Of a stretch of 64,000 nt of DNA, positions 1 through 9,200 are shown piece after piece. Within the stretch, counting starts at the first letter, position 1, and each line of letters opens with the position of its first letter. Source of the stretch: Actinomycetota bacterium (lineage in GTDB: Bacteria; Actinomycetota; Acidimicrobiia; IMCC26256; PALSA-610); the NCBI GenBank assembly GCA_052390615.1, contig JBQTGT010000007.1, forward strand, positions 73,614 through 137,613, in the 5' to 3' direction. A program made the translations under genes and the position numbers. Under the pieces are notes generated by a model. The model worked only from the letters and a program-made list of their open reading frames with translations. It ran no database searches and was not told the origin of the DNA.

Positions 1-200
1 AGTCGTCGGGTCCGGGCGCGTCGTCCGCCATCGGCAAAGCGTACGCACGCCGCGCGCCTGGCTTCGCCTCGACGCAGAAGCGGCGACCGCGCGGTGAGCG
101 GAGCCGAGTGGCGTAGCGAACTCGCCGGGAGCAGGCGAGCGGCCCGCAGGGCGGTGCCGGGTACCCCGGCGCCGAGCGAGCGCGACCCAGAAACAAAGCG

Positions 201-228
201 AAGCGCCGCCCGGGGCAGGGCGGCGCTT
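201..228 (-). terminator. Intrinsic-terminator-like GC hairpin, oriented for the minus strand
   Basis: AAGCGCCGCCC (201-211) and GGGCGGCGCTT (218-228) form a perfect 11-bp stem around a 6-nt loop. An A-run (CAGAAACAAAGCG) lies on the plus-strand 5' side, so a U-rich tail exists only in the minus-strand reading. No minus-strand CDS is evident to its right. Confidence 0.3.
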
Positions 229-508
229 GCACAACTCGGGCGACCGATCTGCCGGCTGGGTGGTTCCGGCACCTCGGTGCATCCCGTATGTGGGGCGTTT
301 CGGCGAGCAGGAGGACCGTCGAAACATTGACCGCAGGAGCGCTGTCGGTATCTCTATCGGTGCCGGCCGGGGGCACCTTGAACGGGAATCTGAGGAAATG
401 CCCGAGTCCCCGTGCCCATCTCCAGCAATTCCCTCTTGCCCCGGAGTCGCCGAGGATACACTATGCAAGACAATGTGACGTGATTTCAGACATCGTTAGG
501 AGCTGCCG

Positions 509-1111
509 ATGCCGGCAACCGTTCGCTGCACACCCTGGCCGGATCCGGTGGTCGACATCCTCGGACACGATCCTCGCTCCCTGTACGCGGAGACGTTCTG
601 GCTCCCGACCCTGGGCCCGACCGCACTCCTTCTCTTGCGCCACCTCGCCGACCGGTTCGAGCGCCAACCCAACGGCGTCGCCCTCCCGATCGCCGACACC
701 GCCGCCGCACTCGGGCTCGGCCCGCGCCAGGGTGAGAACTCGCCCCTGCTGCGTACGCTCGCGCGGCTCGTGCAGTTCGAGCTTGCACATCGGGCATCAC
801 CCGAGGCGTTCGCCGTACGCCGCGCGCTCCCGCCGGTGCACCGCCGTCATGTGCGCCGGCTGCCGGCCGCGCTCCAAGCCCGCCACGCCGAGTGGATTGC
901 CGACCAGACGCCGAACGGACCGGTCGACCTCGCCCGGCGTCGGGCGCGCCGCGTCGCATTGACGTTGTTCGCGCAGGGCGAGCCGATCGACGCGGTCGAG
1001 CGCGCGCTGCACACGGCCGGATTCCATCCCGCGCTCGCGCACGAGGGCGTGCGATGGGCGAAGGCCCGCTATCAGGAGATCACCGCAGCCGACGGCGCCG
1101 CCGCGGGGTGA
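509..1111 (+). CDS. Conserved hypothetical protein (possible helix-turn-helix fold, function unknown)
   Basis: ATG at 509 has AGGAG 6 nt upstream. The 200-aa ORF has G/C-rich third positions. I recognise no catalytic motif. Confidence 0.7.
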   Translation: MPATVRCTPWPDPVVDILGHDPRSLYAETFWLPTLGPTALLLLRHLADRFERQPNGVALPIADTAAALGLGPRQGENSPLLRTLARLVQFELAHRASPEAFAVRRALPPVHRRHVRRLPAALQARHAEWIADQTPNGPVDLARRRARRVALTLFAQGEPIDAVERALHTAGFHPALAHEGVRWAKARYQEITAADGAAAG

Positions 1112-1185
1112 ACCGGGTCCGTCGTCGCCTCGCGCTCCCCCCGCCCGCGGCGACGGAACCCGGTCTCCCGGCGCGCACTCCCCGA

Positions 1186-1971
1186 ATGCCGGTGATCGGT
1201 AGCCTCCCCGAACGCATGACCGCCGATGTCGACGTCGTCATCTCGTGGCTGCGCGACGCGCGCTACGTCGTCGTGCTCACCGGCGCCGGCATCTCGACCG
1301 AGTCGGGCATCGCCGACTTCCGCGGCCCGAACGGCGTGTGGACGAAGAATCCCGCCGCGGAGAAGACCGCGACGCTGGAGTACTACATGGGTGACTCCGA
1401 GGTACGCCGCCGCGCGTGGCAGAACCGGCTCGGCAGCGAGGTGTGGAAGGCGGAACCGAACGCCGCGCACCACGCGCTGGTCGAGCTCGAGCGCAAGGGC
1501 CGGCTGCACACGCTCGTCACCCAGAACATCGACGGCCTGCACCACGCGGCCGGCCAGTCGCCGGAGATCGTTGTCGAGATTCACGGCAACGTGCGCGAAT
1601 GCAAGTGCATGTCGTGCGGGCGGCGCGGCCCAATGGCGGACACGCTCAAGCGGGTCGAAGCGGGCGAGGAAGACCCACGCTGCGTCCACTGCGACGGCAT
1701 CCTGAAATCAGCCACGATCAGCTTCGGCGAGAACCTCGTCCCCGAAGATCTTCAGCGCAGCGAGCGCGCCGCCGCGCGCGCGGACGTGTTCCTCGCGCTC
1801 GGCACGTCGCTCGGCGTGTACCCCGCGGCCGGACTGCCCGAGATCGCGCGGCGCGCCGGTGCGCGTCTCGTCGTCGCCAACGCGCAGCAAACGCCCTTCG
1901 ACACCGTCGCCGACGCCGTTTTCCGCGACCAGCTCGGAGCGCTGCTCCCCGAGCTGGCGCACCGCATCTGA
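1186..1971 (+). CDS. cobB: NAD-dependent protein deacylase, Sir2/CobB family
   Basis: Motifs [16 protein letters not shown] and QNIDGLH, plus Zn-ribbon cysteine pairs CKCMSCG...CVHCDG. The track ORF 892-1971 carries an Arg-rich N-terminal extension that overlaps the upstream gene. Alternative ATG at 1216. Confidence 0.9.
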   Translation: MPVIGSLPERMTADVDVVISWLRDARYVVVLTGAGISTESGIADFRGPNGVWTKNPAAEKTATLEYYMGDSEVRRRAWQNRLGSEVWKAEPNAAHHALVELERKGRLHTLVTQNIDGLHHAAGQSPEIVVEIHGNVRECKCMSCGRRGPMADTLKRVEAGEEDPRCVHCDGILKSATISFGENLVPEDLQRSERAAARADVFLALGTSLGVYPAAGLPEIARRAGARLVVANAQQTPFDTVADAVFRDQLGALLPELAHRI

Positions 1972-2081
1972 TGTGCTCCTCGCACGGGACCGCGGGTGCG
2001 GGAAGACTCATGACCAGCGGGCGTTGGGGAAACCCGACTGATCTAGTAGCATTTACGCACTCCCGCCGTTCGGAGGGCTCG

Positions 2082-3260
2082 ATGCCCAGTTTTCGCGACC
2101 TGCTGAAGCAAACGAAGGCCGAGATCCGCGAGATCGATGTCGCGGACGCCGAAACGCGTCTCGCCACGTCGACGTTCCTCGACGTGCGCGAGCAGGACGA
2201 GTTCGAGCAGGGGACGATCCCCGGCGCGGTGTTCATCCCGCGCGGTCACCTCGAAAGCAAGGTCGAGAACCAGATCACCGATCGTTCTACACCGGTCGTC
2301 GTCTACTGCGCGGGTGGCACGCGTTCGGCGTTCGCTGCCAAGACGCTGCAAGACCTCGGCTACACCGACATCGTGTCGATGGCCGGCGGCTTCGGCCGGT
2401 GGAAGGACGAAGGCCGACCCTGGATCACACCCGCGGTGCTCGACGCGGAACAGCGCAACCGCTACCACCGGCACATCCTCTTGCCGGAGGTCGGTGAAGA
2501 GGGCCAGCAGAAGCTGCTCGGCGCCAAGGTGTTGTTGCTCGGCGCGGGCGGGCTCGGTTCGCCCGCCGCGCTGTACCTCGCGGCGGCGGGTGTCGGCACG
2601 CTCGGCATCGTCGATATGGACGTCGTCGACCACTCGAACTTGCAGCGCCAGATCCTGCACAACATCGAACGCATCGGCGAACGCAAGGTCGACTCCGCCA
2701 AGAAAACGCTGACCGCGCTCAATCCCGACGTCGACGTCGTCACCTACGACGTGCGGTTCGGCGCAGACAACATCATGGAGATCCTCGACGGCTACGACGT
2801 CGTCGTCGACGGCACCGACAACTTCCCAACGCGCTACCTGCTCAACGACGCCTCGCTACTCGAGCGGATCCCCGTCGTGCACGGGTCTATCTTCCGGTTC
2901 GAGGGCCAGGTCACCGTCTTCGATCCCTACAACGGGCCGTGCTACCGGTGCCTGCTGCCCGAGCCGCCGCCACCCGAGCTGGCGCCGTCGTGCGCCGAGG
3001 CGGGCGTGCTCGGCGTGCTGCCCGGCATCATCGGATCGATCCAGGCACTCGAAGCGATCAAGATCATCCTGGGTCTCGGCGACCCGCTGCGCGGCCGGCT
3101 CCTCGCGTACGACGCGCTGGAGCAGAGTTTCCGAGCGTTCAAGGTCCGCCGCGACCCGAACTGCCCATCGTGCGGCAAGAACGCGAACATCGTGATCGCC
3201 GAGTACGACGACTTGTGCCTCCCGCACGCAGTGCTGGCCGACGGGACCACCACGCACTGA
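2082..3260 (+). CDS. Rhodanese-MoeB/ThiF fusion: sulfur-carrier-protein adenylyltransferase/sulfurtransferase with the rhodanese domain at the N-terminus
   Basis: N-terminal rhodanese domain with active-site loop YCAGGTRS, then a ThiF domain (LLLGAGGLGSPAALYLAAAGVG, NLQRQ) and Zn cysteine pairs CYRC...CPSCG. The track ORF start at 1416 is an extension lying inside cobB. Confidence 0.85.
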   Translation: MPSFRDLLKQTKAEIREIDVADAETRLATSTFLDVREQDEFEQGTIPGAVFIPRGHLESKVENQITDRSTPVVVYCAGGTRSAFAAKTLQDLGYTDIVSMAGGFGRWKDEGRPWITPAVLDAEQRNRYHRHILLPEVGEEGQQKLLGAKVLLLGAGGLGSPAALYLAAAGVGTLGIVDMDVVDHSNLQRQILHNIERIGERKVDSAKKTLTALNPDVDVVTYDVRFGADNIMEILDGYDVVVDGTDNFPTRYLLNDASLLERIPVVHGSIFRFEGQVTVFDPYNGPCYRCLLPEPPPPELAPSCAEAGVLGVLPGIIGSIQALEAIKIILGLGDPLRGRLLAYDALEQSFRAFKVRRDPNCPSCGKNANIVIAEYDDLCLPHAVLADGTTTH

Positions 3261-3274
3261 GCCAATCCCCCGAT

Positions 3275-3312
3275 GCGTCGATAGACCCTAGATTCTGACG
3301 GTCTATCGACGC
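3275..3312 (+). terminator. Perfect 13-bp inverted repeat just after the rhodanese-MoeB stop codon
   Basis: GCGTCGATAGACC (3275-3287) and GGTCTATCGACGC (3300-3312) flank a 12-nt loop. There is no U-tract, so it could instead be an operator for the downstream gene. Confidence 0.35.
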
Positions 3313-3335
3313 CCGAGAAATACCGGTGGGGTGAC

Positions 3336-4604
3336 GTGCAAGTCCCCTGCGCCGTCGCCGATGATGTCTGCGTGCCCCGCCTGACGGTCGTCGTCGCGCT
3401 CCTCGTCTCGGCCCTGTTCGGTCCCACGAGCCCGGCCGCGGCCGGTCCGAGCGTCGACGTGCGCGCGTTCGGTTCGGCGCCCGCGCTCGGCGCGCCCGAA
3501 ATGGCGCTGGCGTCCCGAACCGTTGACATCGCCGCGCATCCGACCCGCGATGGTTACTGGCTCCTCGGCCGCGACGGCGGCGTATTCGCGTACGGCGCCG
3601 ACTTCTTCGGCTCGACGGGTGGCACCGCGTTGAACCGCCCCGTCATCGCGATGGCTCCGACTGCCACGGGGAACGGCTACTGGTTCGTCGCCGAGGACGG
3701 CGGCGTCTTCTCATTCGGCGATGCCCGCTACCACGGCTCGACCGGTGCGCTCGAGTTGAACGCGCGCATCGTCGGAATGGCGGCGACACCGACGGGCAAT
3801 GGTTATTGGTTGGTTTCCGAGGACGGTGGGGTGTTCGCGTTCGGCGATGCCGCGTTCCATGGCTCGACGCCGTCCGCGTTCGGTGGTGTGCGCGCAGTCG
3901 CGATCGCGAGCTCACCGAGCGGCCGCGGGTATGTCTTGCTGCGCGCCGACGGTGCGCTTTTTTCGTACGGAGATGCGATGTCGTTCACAACGACGCCGAT
4001 GCTCGGCGCGTCCGACTTCGCGTTGAACGCCAGTGGCGCGGGCGCGTGGGTCGTCGGTGTCGACGGTGGCGTGTACGCGTACGGCGACGCACCCTTCGTG
4101 GGCGCCGCGACGGGCAGCGGCCGCGACGGCACCGCGATCGCCCGCAACGCGACCGGCAGCGGCTACTGGATCGTGCTCGTCCCGCGTTCGGCTGACGGAC
4201 CCGCGGTTCCGATGAGCGCGGGCGCGGGCCGCCGCGTCGTGTACTCGAACTCGATGCAACGGGTGTGGTTGATCGAAGCCGACGAGCGGATCGCCCACAC
4301 GTTCCTCGTTTCCGGCCGGGCCGGGGTGCCGCGCCCGGGCACCCATCGCGTGTTCTCCAAGACCGTGATGTCGTCCGCGCATGGCGGCGATCTGCGGCTC
4401 CCATACATGACGCGCTTCGCGCACGGACGGTCGCTCGCGATCGGCTTCCACGGCATCCCGCTGCGCGGCAACGGGACGCCGATCCAGAGCGACGCCGAGC
4501 TCGGCCAGTACCGCAGTGCCGGCTGCGTCCGCATGAACCAGCAGCAGGCGCGGGTGCTGTGGGACTTCGCGCCGGTCGGCACTCCCGTCATCGTGCTCGC
4601 ATAG
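3336..4604 (+). CDS. Secreted L,D-transpeptidase (YkuD domain) with an N-terminal tandem-repeat (propeller-like) domain
   Basis: GTG start. Hydrophobic signal-like N-terminus (LTVVVALLVSALFGPTSPAAAG). About six GYW/DGGVF repeats. The C-terminal YkuD catalytic motif reads HGIP...SAGCVRM. Confidence 0.85.
   Translation: MQVPCAVADDVCVPRLTVVVALLVSALFGPTSPAAAGPSVDVRAFGSAPALGAPEMALASRTVDIAAHPTRDGYWLLGRDGGVFAYGADFFGSTGGTALNRPVIAMAPTATGNGYWFVAEDGGVFSFGDARYHGSTGALELNARIVGMAATPTGNGYWLVSEDGGVFAFGDAAFHGSTPSAFGGVRAVAIASSPSGRGYVLLRADGALFSYGDAMSFTTTPMLGASDFALNASGAGAWVVGVDGGVYAYGDAPFVGAATGSGRDGTAIARNATGSGYWIVLVPRSADGPAVPMSAGAGRRVVYSNSMQRVWLIEADERIAHTFLVSGRAGVPRPGTHRVFSKTVMSSAHGGDLRLPYMTRFAHGRSLAIGFHGIPLRGNGTPIQSDAELGQYRSAGCVRMNQQQARVLWDFAPVGTPVIVLA
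3525..4181 (+). repeat. Coding tandem repeat, about six copies of a ~40-aa unit (GYWLV..DGGVF.FGDA.F.GS...LN.P..gMA.TptG)
   Basis: Periodic recurrence is read directly in the translation. The same unit recurs in the proteins at 22226-23833 and 60780-63050. Confidence 0.8.
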
Positions 4605-4608
4605 CAGC

Positions 4609-4648
4609 CCCGCGGGAGGGCAACGGCACCAAGGTCGACTCCCGCGGG
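4609..4648. terminator. Hairpin between convergent genes (L,D-transpeptidase and pepA)
   Basis: CCCGCGGGAG (4609-4618) and CTCCCGCGGG (4639-4648) form a 10-bp stem with a 20-nt loop in the 111-nt convergent spacer. Confidence 0.35.
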
Positions 4649-4715
4649 TCGTCGTCATCGCCTCGGCACGCGCCGACCAGCAGCGCGAGCGCCCAAACTG
4701 CCGGCAATGCTCGGT

Positions 4716-6209
4716 TCACGGGCGCGGAGTCTTGAACGCCCGGGCGACCTCGACGAGCGTGCGGACACCGAAGCCTGTGCCGCCCTTGGTGAGATAGCCG
4801 TCGTCGCTGCCCGCGCGTGCGGGTCCGGCGATGTCGAGGTGAGCCCAGGGACGGTCGTCGACGAACTCCTTGAGGAACAAACCCGCGGTGAGCGCGCCCG
4901 CGTGCGGGGCGCTGCCGGTGTTGCGGATGTCGGCGACCTCGGCATCGATCAAGCGGCGGTACTCGTCGGGCAGCGGGAGGTGCCAGACCAGCTCACCCGC
5001 GCGCGCGGCCGCGTCGCGCACCTGCCCGATCCACGCGTCGTGATTGCCCATCAACCCCGCGACCTTGTCGCCGAGTGCGACCACGCACGCGCCGGTCAGG
5101 GTGGCGAGGTCGATGATCGCGTCGGGCTCGTCGTCGGACGCGTACGACAGCGCGTCGGCGAGGATCAGGCGGCCTTCGGCGTCGGTGTTCAGTACTTCGA
5201 CGGTCTTGCCGTTGCGGATCCTCAACACATCACCGGGCCGGATCGCCCGGCCGCTCGGCATGTTCTCGACGAGCGGCACATAGCCGATCACGCGCGCGCG
5301 GACGCCGGCCTCGCCGAGCACGGACATCGCGGCGAGCACCGCCGCGCCCCCGGCCATGTCGGTCTTCATCGTCTCCATGCCAGCGGCGGTCTTGAGTGAC
5401 AGCCCGCCGGAATCGAACACGACGCCTTTGCCGACGAACGCGATCGTGGCACGCGCGCTTTTCGGTGCGTACTCCATGCGAACGAAGCGAGGCGGACGGT
5501 CCGAGCCCTGGCCGACGCCGAGCACGCCCCCCATGCGCTCGCGTTCGAGCTGTTCGGGACCGAGGATCGTGACCTTCACGCCCGCCTCGCGTCCGAGCTT
5601 GCGCGCGGCCTTGGCAATGTCGTCGGGCGATTTCTCGAGCGCGGGCTCGTTGACGAGGTCGCGTGCCCAGATGACGGCGTCGGCGACGCGGTCACCACGT
5701 TCAAGCGCGGCCTTCACGCGCGCGCCGCCGCGGCCGAGCACAACGACCCGTGCAAGCTGCGACGGCTTCGCGTCCTTCTTGTACCGCAGGAACTGGTACG
5801 CGCCCAGGCGAACGCCTTCGGCGAGCGCTTGCGCGGCGTCCGTCTTGTCGACGGTGTCGGGAACGGCGTCGAGCAGCGTCGTCGCCGCCGACGAGACGTT
5901 CGACGCGCGCCGCGCGAGCGCCGCGCCCGCGCGCCGGACCGCGTCGGCGTCGAGCTTGTCCTGCTCGCCGACGCCGACCAGGATCACCGCCTTGGCGCCG
6001 AGCCGCCCTTGGGTGGGCACCGCGAGGGTCTCGCCGCGCTTACCCTCGAAGCCGGTCTCGGCCATGAAGTCGGCGAGCGTGCCATCGACGGCGCGATCCA
6101 CGGCGTGGGCACCAGGTCCGAGCTGCCGGTCGGCGTAGACGGGGACGGCGAGCAGGTCGACGACGACGCGGTCGACGGGCGTGGATTCGAGTTCCAGCGT
6201 GACGGGCAC
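4716..6209 (-). CDS. pepA: Leucyl aminopeptidase (M17 family)
   Basis: M17 signatures NTDAEGRLILADAL and VGKGVVFDSGG. GTG start at 6209. Confidence 0.9.
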   Translation of the reverse strand: MPVTLELESTPVDRVVVDLLAVPVYADRQLGPGAHAVDRAVDGTLADFMAETGFEGKRGETLAVPTQGRLGAKAVILVGVGEQDKLDADAVRRAGAALARRASNVSSAATTLLDAVPDTVDKTDAAQALAEGVRLGAYQFLRYKKDAKPSQLARVVVLGRGGARVKAALERGDRVADAVIWARDLVNEPALEKSPDDIAKAARKLGREAGVKVTILGPEQLERERMGGVLGVGQGSDRPPRFVRMEYAPKSARATIAFVGKGVVFDSGGLSLKTAAGMETMKTDMAGGAAVLAAMSVLGEAGVRARVIGYVPLVENMPSGRAIRPGDVLRIRNGKTVEVLNTDAEGRLILADALSYASDDEPDAIIDLATLTGACVVALGDKVAGLMGNHDAWIGQVRDAAARAGELVWHLPLPDEYRRLIDAEVADIRNTGSAPHAGALTAGLFLKEFVDDRPWAHLDIAGPARAGSDDGYLTKGGTGFGVRTLVEVARAFKTPRP

Positions 6210-6274
6210 GACGCGGGAGTCTACGAGAGGTTCCCAAAGCTTCGTGACCGACAGGCGCTGCGACGTAGCCTGTT

Positions 6275-9200
6275 GTGATGGTCGATCCCCGAGGAACCGC
6301 GTCTCCCGTCGCGAGCGGCGCGCAGCACCCGTTCCTGGACGCCCTCCGTGAACGCGTCCTCGTGTTGGACGGCGGGTTTGGAACGTGGATGCAGGGCCAG
6401 GACCTCGGCCCCGACGATTTCGGTGGTTTGGCGCTCGAGGGCTGCAACGAGATGTTGGTGCTAACCCGTCCCGATCTCGTCGCGCAGATGCACTCGGAGT
6501 ATTTCGAGGCCGGTTCCGATGGCGTGGAGACCGCGACGTTCGGCGCGTTCGCGCTCGTGCTGAACGAGTACCAGATTCCTGAGAAGACGTTCGAGATCAA
6601 CAAGCGCGCAGCTGAGATCGCCAACGAGGTCGCGACCAGCTTCGCAACGCCCGACCGCCCGCGGTTCGTGATCGGCTCCATTGGCCCGGGCACGAGGCTG
6701 CCGTCGCTCGGCCACATCACGTACGAACAACTGCGCGCCGACTTCGAGGAGCAGGTAGGCGGGCTGCTCGCCGGTGGCGCCGACGTGTTGCTGATCGAGA
6801 CGGTGTACGACCTGCTCCAGGCGAAGGCCGCGATCAACGGCGCCCGGCGCGCGATGACCAAGGCGGGTGTGCTGCTCCCGATCATGTGCCAGGTCACGGT
6901 CGAGACGACCGGGCGCATGTTGGTCGGTACCGAGATCGGCGCCGCACTGACCGCAATCGAGGCGATGCAGGTCGACGTGATCGGCATGAACTGCGCGACC
7001 GGTCCGGCCGAGATGACCGAGCACCTACGCTACTTGTCGCAGCACGCGCGCACCTTCTTGTCGTGCCTGCCAAACGCGGGGTTGCCGTCGGTGGTTGACG
7101 GCCGAACACACTACGACCTCACGCCTGAGCTCCTCGGCGACGCGCACGAACGATTCGTGCACGAGTTCGGTGTGAACATCGTCGGTGGCTGCTGCGGTAC
7201 AACGCCCGCGCACCTGCGCAATGTGATCGAACGGCTCGGTGACGCGCGCCCGCCGATTGTCCGCACGCCGGAGTTCGAACCGGGTTGTTCGTCGATCTAT
7301 TCGCACGTCCCGTTCCGTCAGGAGCTCGCGTACCTCGCGGTCGGCGAGCGTACGAACGCGAATGGTTCCAAGAAATTTAAGCAAGCGATGCTCGACTCCG
7401 ACTGGGATACGTGCGTGCAGATGGCACGCGAGCAAGTGAAGGAAGGCGCGCACGTGCTCGACGTGTGCGTCGACTACGTCGGCCGGGATGGCAATGTCGA
7501 CATGCACGAGATCGCGGGCCGGTTCGCCACGCAGGCGAGCCTGCCCCTCGTGTTCGACTCCACCGAGCCCGACGTCGTCGAGGTCGGGCTTCGCCACCAC
7601 GGCGGCAAGGCAATCCTGAACTCGGCCAACCTCGAAGAGGGCGAGGACGAAGACAAGCGGATGGACCGCGTGTTCAAGTTGGCACGCGAGTACGGCGCTG
7701 CGGTCATCTGCCTGACGATCGACGAGGTGGGTCAGGCACGCGACGCCGACTGGAAGCTGCGCGTCGCACGCCGCCTCTACGACCTCGCGACCCAGAAGTA
7801 CGGACTCGAGCCGACCGACCTGATCTTCGACTACTTGACGTTCCCGCTGTCGACCGGTGACGAGGATCTCCGTCGCGATGCGATGGAGACGATCGACGCG
7901 ATCCGACGCAGCAAGGATGAGGTTCCTGGCGCGGCGACGATTCTCGGCTTGTCGAACGTGAGCTTCGGGCTAAAGCCCGCGGCGCGCCACGTGCTCAACA
8001 GCGTGTTCTTGCACGAGTGTCGCGAGGCTGGTCTCGACGCCGCGATCGTGCACGCGGCGCGCATCCTGCCGCTACACAAGATCGACGAACGCCAGCGCGA
8101 GGTCGCGCTCGACCTCATCTACGACCGTCGCAAAGACGGCTACGACCCGCTGCAAGAGTTCATGGCGCTCTTCGAGGGTGTCGAAGCGGGGGCGGTCGAG
8201 CGCGAGGACCGCTCGGGCTGGTCGGTCGAGGAGCGGTTGAAGCACCGCATCATCGACGGTGACCGCGACGGTCTCGAAGCCGACCTCGACGAACAACTCC
8301 GAACGATTCCCGCACTCGCGGTAATCAACGACGTGTTGCTGTCGGGCATGAAGGTCGTGGGCGAGCTGTTCGCCACCGGAGAGATGCAGCTCCCGTTCGT
8401 GTTGCAGTCGGCGGAGACGATGAAAACGGCGGTCGCGTATCTCGAGCCGCACATGGAGAAGGCCGACAGCGGCGGCAAGGGCACGGTCGTGCTCGCGACC
8501 GTAAAGGGCGATGTCCACGACATCGGCAAGAACCTCGTCGACATCATTCTCACGAACAACGGCTACATGGTTTACAACTTGGGCATCAAGGTCGCGATCA
8601 CCGAGATGATCGACAAGGCGTTGGAAGTGGACGCCGACGCGCTCGGTATGAGCGGGCTGCTCGTGAAAAGCACGCTCATCATGCGCGACAACCTCGAAGA
8701 GTTGAATGAGCGCGGTCTCGCCGAGCGCGTCCCTGTCCTTTTGGGCGGCGCCGCGCTCACGCGCACCTACGTCGAGGTCGACCTGCGCGACAAGTATCAA
8801 GGCCGCGTGTTCTACGGCAAGGACGCATTCGAAGGCCTGCGCACGATGGACACGCTCATGGAGGGCAAGAAGTCCGGTGCGCTCGACCCGGCCTTTGGCC
8901 GCGAGCCCGGCACCCGCAAGATCGGCACCCGCCGCAGCGAACAGCCCGTTGACGAGAGCATCGAGATTCCCGTGCGCTCCGACGTCGCGCTTGACGCACC
9001 TGTCTTCGCCCCGCCCTTCCTCGGTGCAAGAGTCGCGAAGGGAATTTCTCTCGACGAGATCGCCACGTTCGTCAACGAGACGGCGCTGTTCCGCAACCAG
9101 TGGCAGTTCCGTCCCGACAAGACGCAAGATGAGACGGACGACGAGTTCAAGCTCCGCGTGCGCGCGACGTTTCGCGAACAGCTCGACACCGCGAAGCAAG

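Noticed and set aside
1-31. Possible start of a minus-strand gene (ATG GCG GAC GAC GCG CCC...) leaving the window at position 1
   Set aside because: Only 10 codons are visible, which is insufficient evidence for a call.
365-420. Faint resemblance of GGGCACCTTGAACGGGAATCTGAGGAAATGCCCGAG to the TPP-riboswitch core (..ACC.UUGAACCUGAUC..AAUGCC..)
   Set aside because: The CUGAGA element is not in the required position, the pairing partners are not evident, and the downstream gene has no thiamine link. The match is too weak to call without a covariance-model search.
892-1185. N-terminal extensions of several track ORFs (892-, 1416-, 32537-, 36463-, 38817-, the upper part of 45630-47870, 42212-43555, 10293-11588)
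   Set aside because: The extensions overlap the preceding genes and are Arg/Pro-rich. Internal ATG/GTG starts coincide with 1-4 nt stop/start overlaps or Shine-Dalgarno-like sequences and with the N-termini expected for the families.
6210-6274. Possible cobalamin riboswitch upstream of metH
   Set aside because: The pepA-metH divergent spacer is only 65 nt, too short for the element. No B12-box-like sequence is seen, and MetH (B12-dependent) is not normally riboswitch-repressed.
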